The notes under the pieces are model-generated. The model worked only from the letters and a program-made list of their open reading frames with translations, did no database searches and had not been told where the DNA came from. A program made the position numbers and the translations under genes. 12,367 nt of DNA, taken from Candidatus Methylomirabilia bacterium (GTDB lineage Bacteria; Methylomirabilota; Methylomirabilia; Rokubacteriales; CSP1-6). Shown in pieces: positions 8,407-12,367 of this stretch (the stretch's first letter is position 1; the number at the start of each line of letters is the position of its first letter). The stretch covers positions 1 to 12,367 of the forward strand of contig JBGQHJ010000144.1 in assembly GCA_041497895.1 (NCBI GenBank). The letters are read 5' to 3'.

Positions 8407-9450
8407 GTGAGCGGGATCGACGAGGCGGCGGACCCGGCGGCGCTGATCGAGGCGTACTACGAGGCGGGCTGGACCGACGGCCTGCCGGTGGTGCCGCCGT
8501 CGGACGCCTCCATCGCGGCGATGCTGGCCGCGGCCGGGCTCGAGGGCCACGAGGAGCTGGGCGCGATCACCGGGCGCAACGCGGTGGTCGTCGCCGAGAA
8601 GGCCGCGATCAATGCGGTCATGGCCGGGTGCCGCCCCGAGTACATGCCGGTGGTGGTCGCGGCCATCAAGAGTCTCTGCGCGCCCGCCTTCGCGTACCAT
8701 GGCCCGGCCAGCAGCACCGGCGGCTCCGCAATGGCGCTGGTGGTCAACGGGCCGATCGCGCCGCGGCTCGGCATCAACAGCGGCAACAACGCGTTCGGCC
8801 AGGGGCACCGGCCCAACGCCACCATCGGGCGCGCGGTGCGCCTCATCATGATGAACGTGATGAACACGCGCCCGGGCCTGCTCGACCGCGCCACCCTCGG
8901 CAACCCCGGCAAGTACAGCTTCTGCTTCGCGGAGAACGAGGAGGACCACCCGTGGGAGCCGCTGCACGTGGCGCGCGGCCTGCGGCGCGAGGACAGCGCG
9001 GTCACCCTGATCGCCTCCAACAGCCTCTACCAGGTCTACAACCATCTCGCCGCCGAGCCGGAGCCGCTCCTCTACTGCTTCGCCGACGCGCTCGGCAACG
9101 TGGGCACGCCCAACCTGCTCGGCTTCAACGAGACGCTCATCGTCTTCGCGGGCGAGCACGCCGAAGTTCTGGTGAAGGCGGGCTGGAGCCGCCTCGACGT
9201 GCAGCGCTTCCTGATCGAGCACACGCGGCGGTCGGTGGCCGACTACAAGCGCGGGGCGCGGCTGCCCGGCGCGGTCACGCCGGCGGACGAGACGACGTGG
9301 CGCTACCGCTTCGAGCGGCCCGAGGACATCCTGATCGCGTTCGCGGGGGGCCGGGCGGGGAGCTGGTCAGCCTGCCTGCCGGGCTGGGGGACCAAGTGGA
9401 CCCGCGGCGTGACCACCCGCATCGATCTTCCCCATGGAGGCACGACATGA
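8407..9450 (+). CDS. Conserved protein of unknown function ('GWTDGLPVVPP' family, usual neighbour of UGSC proteins), 347 aa
   Basis: GTG start. Motifs GWTDGLPVVPP, AINAVMAGCRPEYMPVV, NGPIA, RPNATIGRA, GNPGKY..CFAENEE..PWEPLH. Its stop overlaps the UGSC start (ATGA). Family association is from recall. Confidence 0.8.
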   Translation: MSGIDEAADPAALIEAYYEAGWTDGLPVVPPSDASIAAMLAAAGLEGHEELGAITGRNAVVVAEKAAINAVMAGCRPEYMPVVVAAIKSLCAPAFAYHGPASSTGGSAMALVVNGPIAPRLGINSGNNAFGQGHRPNATIGRAVRLIMMNVMNTRPGLLDRATLGNPGKYSFCFAENEEDHPWEPLHVARGLRREDSAVTLIASNSLYQVYNHLAAEPEPLLYCFADALGNVGTPNLLGFNETLIVFAGEHAEVLVKAGWSRLDVQRFLIEHTRRSVADYKRGARLPGAVTPADETTWRYRFERPEDILIAFAGGRAGSWSACLPGWGTKWTRGVTTRIDLPHGGTT

Positions 9451-9974
9451 AGCTCTTCGATCCGACCTCGAAGCCGGTGGAGCGGGCGATCAAGCTCGCG
9501 CCGCGGCCCGCGAGCCCCCGGGGCCTGCGGCTCGGGCTGGTGGAGAACACCAAGTTCAACGCGAGCCCGATCCTCGAGAAGCTGGCCGAGCGGCTGGCCC
9601 AGCGCCATCAGATGACGGTCACGGTGCGGAACCGGAAGCGCTCCGCGAGCCACGAGGTGGACGAGGCAGGCATCAGGGCCTTGCGCGCCCAGGCCGACCT
9701 CGTCATCTCCGGCATCGGCGACTGAGGGTCGTGCAGCTCGAGCAGTGTGCTCGACGCGATCCTGATGGAGGAGCAGGGGGTGCCGGCCATCGCCATCGTC
9801 ACCGCTCCGTTCCGCAACACCGGCCGGGCCATGGCCGAGAGCTGGGGCAAGCCGGGCTACCCGTTTCTCGACATGCCGCATCCCATCGCCAATCTCACGG
9901 AGGCACAGCTCGACGAGCGGTGCGATCGGCTGGCGGAGCAGGTGGAGGAGTGGCTGGGATTCGAGGCGCACTAG
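9447..9974 (+). CDS. UGSC-family selenoprotein, 175 aa, Sec93 encoded by TGA 9723-9725
   Basis: GGAGG RBS at 9436-9440 and ATG 9447. MKLFDPT...LGLVENTKFNA...ADLVISGIGD-TGA-GSCSSSSVLDAILMEEQGVPAIAIVT...HPIANLT...EAH-TAG. The same frame continues after the TGA, and the track splits it into pieces ending at 9725 and starting at 9747. A SECIS-like hairpin follows. Confidence 0.9.
9726..9762 (+). promoter_or_regulatory. Putative bacterial SECIS element
   Basis: Lower stem GGGUCGUG (9726-9733) pairs with CGCGAUCC (9755-9762), 8 bp including two G-U pairs. CAGC bulge. Perfect 7-bp upper stem UCGAGCA (9738-9744) with UGCUCGA (9748-9754). Apical loop GUG, with 19 nt between it and the UGA. Confidence 0.78.
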
Positions 9975-9975
9975 C

Positions 9976-10869
9976 TTGAGGCGCATCCGCTACGAGCGGC
10001 TGCCCACCGAGCGCGTCAACCCGGAGACCGGCCGGCTCGATCGGCTCTCCGGCGCGCAGATCGCGCGGCTGATGAACCGCGCGGATCGGCGCGCGGTGCG
10101 CGCGGTGGGGCGCGCCGCGCCCGCCATCGGGCGCGCGGTGGACGTGATCGTGCGCGCGCTCTCGCGGCGCGGACGGCTCATCTTCGTGGGCGCGGGCACC
10201 AGCGGGCGGCTGGGCGTGCTCGAGGCCGCGGAGTGCCCGCCGACCTTCGACACGCCGCCGTCGCTGGTGCAGGCGGTCATCGCGGGGGGCAGGCGCACCG
10301 TGTTCCGCTCCTCCGAGGGCGCGGAGGACAACGGCCCCGAGGGCGCGCGACAGATCCGGCGGCGGGTGCGGCCCGGCGACGTGGTGGTGGGCATCGCGGC
10401 GAGCGGCGTGACCCCCTTCGTGCGCGCCGCCTTGCAGGAGGCGCGACGGCGCGGCGCGGCCACCGCGCTCGTCACCTGCAACCCGGACGTGCCGGCCTCC
10501 GCCGCGCGCGTGGTGATCGCGCTGGCCGTAGGCCCCGAGGTGCTGACTGGCTCCACCCGGCTCAAGGCCGGCACCGCCACCAAGCTCGCGCTCAACACGC
10601 TCACCACCGCGTCGTTCGCGCGCCTCGGCAAGGTCTACGGCAACCGTATGGTGGACCTGCGCCCCCGCTCCGCCAAGCTGCGCGCCCGCGCGCTACGCCT
10701 GGTGGGCCAGCTCGGTCGCGTGCCCCCGCGCGAGGCCGAGCGCCTGCTCCGGGCCTCCGGCGCCAGCGCCAAGGTCGCCATCGCCATGGCCCGCCTCGGC
10801 GTCGACGCCGCCGAAGCGCGCCGCCGCCTGAAGCAGTCCGCCGGCTCCCTCCGCCGCGCCCTCGAGTAG
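9976..10869 (+). CDS. murQ: N-acetylmuramic acid 6-phosphate etherase, 297 aa
   Basis: LPTERVNP, GAGTSGRLGVLEAAECPPTF, EGAED, GIAASGVTP, GPEVLTGSTRLKAGTA, LGKVYGNRMVD. TTG start 1 nt after the selenoprotein stop. Confidence 0.95.
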   Translation: MRRIRYERLPTERVNPETGRLDRLSGAQIARLMNRADRRAVRAVGRAAPAIGRAVDVIVRALSRRGRLIFVGAGTSGRLGVLEAAECPPTFDTPPSLVQAVIAGGRRTVFRSSEGAEDNGPEGARQIRRRVRPGDVVVGIAASGVTPFVRAALQEARRRGAATALVTCNPDVPASAARVVIALAVGPEVLTGSTRLKAGTATKLALNTLTTASFARLGKVYGNRMVDLRPRSAKLRARALRLVGQLGRVPPREAERLLRASGASAKVAIAMARLGVDAAEARRRLKQSAGSLRRALE

Positions 10870-10872
10870 TCT

Positions 10873-10901
10873 GGGGTCAGGTCTTACATTCCGACATTTT
10901 T
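10873..10901. repeat. Possible short intergenic repeat element (GGGGTCAGGTCTTACATTCCGACATT)
   Basis: Fills the 31-nt gap between convergent stops. Resembles the GGGGTCAGGTCT / AGACCTGACCCC intergenic motif I recall as frequent in Rokubacteria-like genomes. Only one copy here. Confidence 0.4.
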
Positions 10902-11743
10902 CAGCGGAGGAAGTCGATGAGGGCGGGGATTACTGTCCTGGGCGCTTCCTCCATCAGCCAGTGGCCGGCGCCGGCGACGATCTGGCCGCGGACGTCGGAG
11001 CCCACCATCTTGGCCTGCTCGATGAGGAAGGTGCCGCCGGCCTTCTCGCCCGAGAGGACCAGCATGGGCATGGAGAGCCGGGCCTTGCCCATCCGGGCGA
11101 AGTCCTCCGCGTCGCGCTCGAAGTTGCGGAAGTACTCGAAGCCGGCGCGCATGGCGCCGGGCTGCGCGTAGGCCTTCGCGTAGAGGCGGCGGTCGGCCTT
11201 GGGGACCGAGCGCTTGCGGTCGGCGGCGAAGTCGTTCCAGAAGTGCTCGAGGTAGATGCGTTCGCGCCCCTTCACCAGCGCCAGGGGCACCTCGCCGTAG
11301 AAGTGGAAGTGCCACAGGTCGCGCATGAGCCACACGCTCTTCCAGCTCCCGATGCCGGGCAGGGACGCATCCATCAGCGCCACCCGCTCGGTGGACTCCG
11401 GAAACTGCGCGGCGAACGCGTAGGCCACCATCAGGCCGATGTCGTGGCCGACGATGCGGGCGCGTCGGAGGCCGAGCGACGAGATCAGCTCGTAGATGTC
11501 GACGGCCATGTTTCTCTTGTCGTAGCCGGTCGCGGGCTTGGCCGACGCCCCGGCGCCGCGCAGGTCGGGCACGATGACGGTGTGCTCCTTCGCGAGCGAC
11601 GGCATGATCGGGCGCCACATGTGGCCGGTCTCGGCGTAGCCGTGCAGCAGGACCACCGGGCTGCCCTGTCCGCCCATGAGATAGTGCAGCCGCACACCGT
11701 TGGCCTTGGCGAAGCGCTCGGTGAAGCCGGTGAGCTTGGTCAT
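10901..11743 (-). CDS. Alpha/beta hydrolase, epoxide hydrolase/dehalogenase-like, 280 aa
   Basis: LLHGY oxyanion motif, PDLRGAGAS, nucleophile elbow GHDIG (Asp), WHFHFY lid, GFEYFR, GAGHW catalytic His. Confidence 0.92.
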   Translation of the reverse strand: MTKLTGFTERFAKANGVRLHYLMGGQGSPVVLLHGYAETGHMWRPIMPSLAKEHTVIVPDLRGAGASAKPATGYDKRNMAVDIYELISSLGLRRARIVGHDIGLMVAYAFAAQFPESTERVALMDASLPGIGSWKSVWLMRDLWHFHFYGEVPLALVKGRERIYLEHFWNDFAADRKRSVPKADRRLYAKAYAQPGAMRAGFEYFRNFERDAEDFARMGKARLSMPMLVLSGEKAGGTFLIEQAKMVGSDVRGQIVAGAGHWLMEEAPRTVIPALIDFLR

Positions 11744-11749
11744 GCGCCG

Positions 11750-11778
11750 AGGATGGGGGCGAAGCGAGGCCGCGTCAA
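11750..11778 (-). promoter_or_regulatory. Sigma70-type promoter giving a probably leaderless hydrolase mRNA
   Basis: Minus strand: TTGACG (11778-11773), 17 nt, CATCCT (11755-11750), 6 nt, ATG. No Shine-Dalgarno. Confidence 0.55.
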
Positions 11779-12130
11779 GGAGAGCCGGCGTCGAACAGCC
11801 TGAGGCCCGGCGGCCGGGGCGACGTCACCTCGACCAGGTCGCGCCCGGGCTCGCCAGCCGGCTCGACGCTACGCGTGTTGGCATGACGTTGCTGCTCCAG
11901 CACTCCTGACGGTATCCCGCGGCACCCGGCTGGTCAGCGAAGAGGCGACCCCTCCTGATCCCGCATCAGTACGTCGCCGCACCAGCGGGTACCGGTGGGC
12001 CTCCCAGCGAATTGGGCCGGGAACGGTCGGACAGGTTCCGAGAGGTGAGTCTGGCCGTCTTGACAACTTCTCGACCACACGCGCACAGTCTGCCTACACT
12101 CCGAGCGCAGCCCCTCGGGATGGTCACGTC

Positions 12131-12367
12131 ATGCTGCTGCGTGCACTTGCCTGGATGTTCTCGACAGACCTCGCCGTCGATCTTGGAACGGCCAACACGT
12201 TGGTCTATGTCCGCGGGGAGGGCGTGGTCCTCAATGAGCCATCCGTGGTCGCCATCAGCCAGAAGGATCACTCCCTGCTCGCCGTGGGCCACGAGGCGAA
12301 GGCGATGCTGGGGCGCGCCCCGGATTCGATCCAGGTCCTCCGCCCATTGCGGCATGGAGTGATCGCG
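12131..12367 (+). CDS. mreB: Rod shape-determining protein MreB family, N-terminal 79 aa (runs off the window)
   Basis: Absent from the track. [79 protein letters not shown], with the hallmark DLGTANT and NEPSVVA motifs. Confidence 0.92.
   Translation, partial: MLLRALAWMFSTDLAVDLGTANTLVYVRGEGVVLNEPSVVAISQKDHSLLAVGHEAKAMLGRAPDSIQVLRPLRHGVIA

Noticed and set aside
7581..9725. 714-aa ORF
   Set aside because: It is an alternative frame over the SDR and the 347-aa gene. Only the last 92 codons, from ATG 9447, are real and form the selenoprotein N-terminus.
9723..9725. Genome-wide UGA reassignment (genetic code 4 or 25)
   Set aside because: TGA is a normal stop in several genes here (the ATGA overlaps and the hydrolase), and Trp is coded by TGG.
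9747..9974. Separate 75-aa gene, or a nonsense-mutated pseudogene
   Set aside because: Its GTG lies inside the SECIS-like hairpin, has no RBS and is in frame with the upstream part. The TGA falls exactly at the first position of a CxxC-like motif.
1..12367. CRISPR arrays, tRNA/rRNA genes, transposases, integrases, intrinsic terminators
   Set aside because: I saw no regularly spaced repeats, cloverleaf, mobile-element motifs or hairpin plus U-tract by eye.

Overview
High-GC bacterial window; the gene style and a Tat-leader ABC substrate-binding protein suggest Ca. Rokubacteria/Methylomirabilota, which is an inference. A minus-strand operon runs acyl-CoA synthetase > double hot-dog (MaoC-like) protein > NamZ/DUF1343 > MFS transporter > NagZ (truncated), mostly with ATGA overlaps. 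Diverging from it are an orphan ABC substrate-binding protein and a plus-strand operon: SDR > conserved 'GWTDGLP' protein > UGSC-family selenoprotein > MurQ. A convergent alpha/beta hydrolase and the 5' end of an mreB-like gene follow. The main hidden feature is missed by the ORF track: 9447-9974 is one reading frame with an in-frame TGA (9723-9725) in a UxxC motif (D-U-G-S-C), immediately followed by a SECIS-like hairpin. This points to selenocysteine recoding in a redox module placed among peptidoglycan-recycling genes (nagZ, namZ, murQ).
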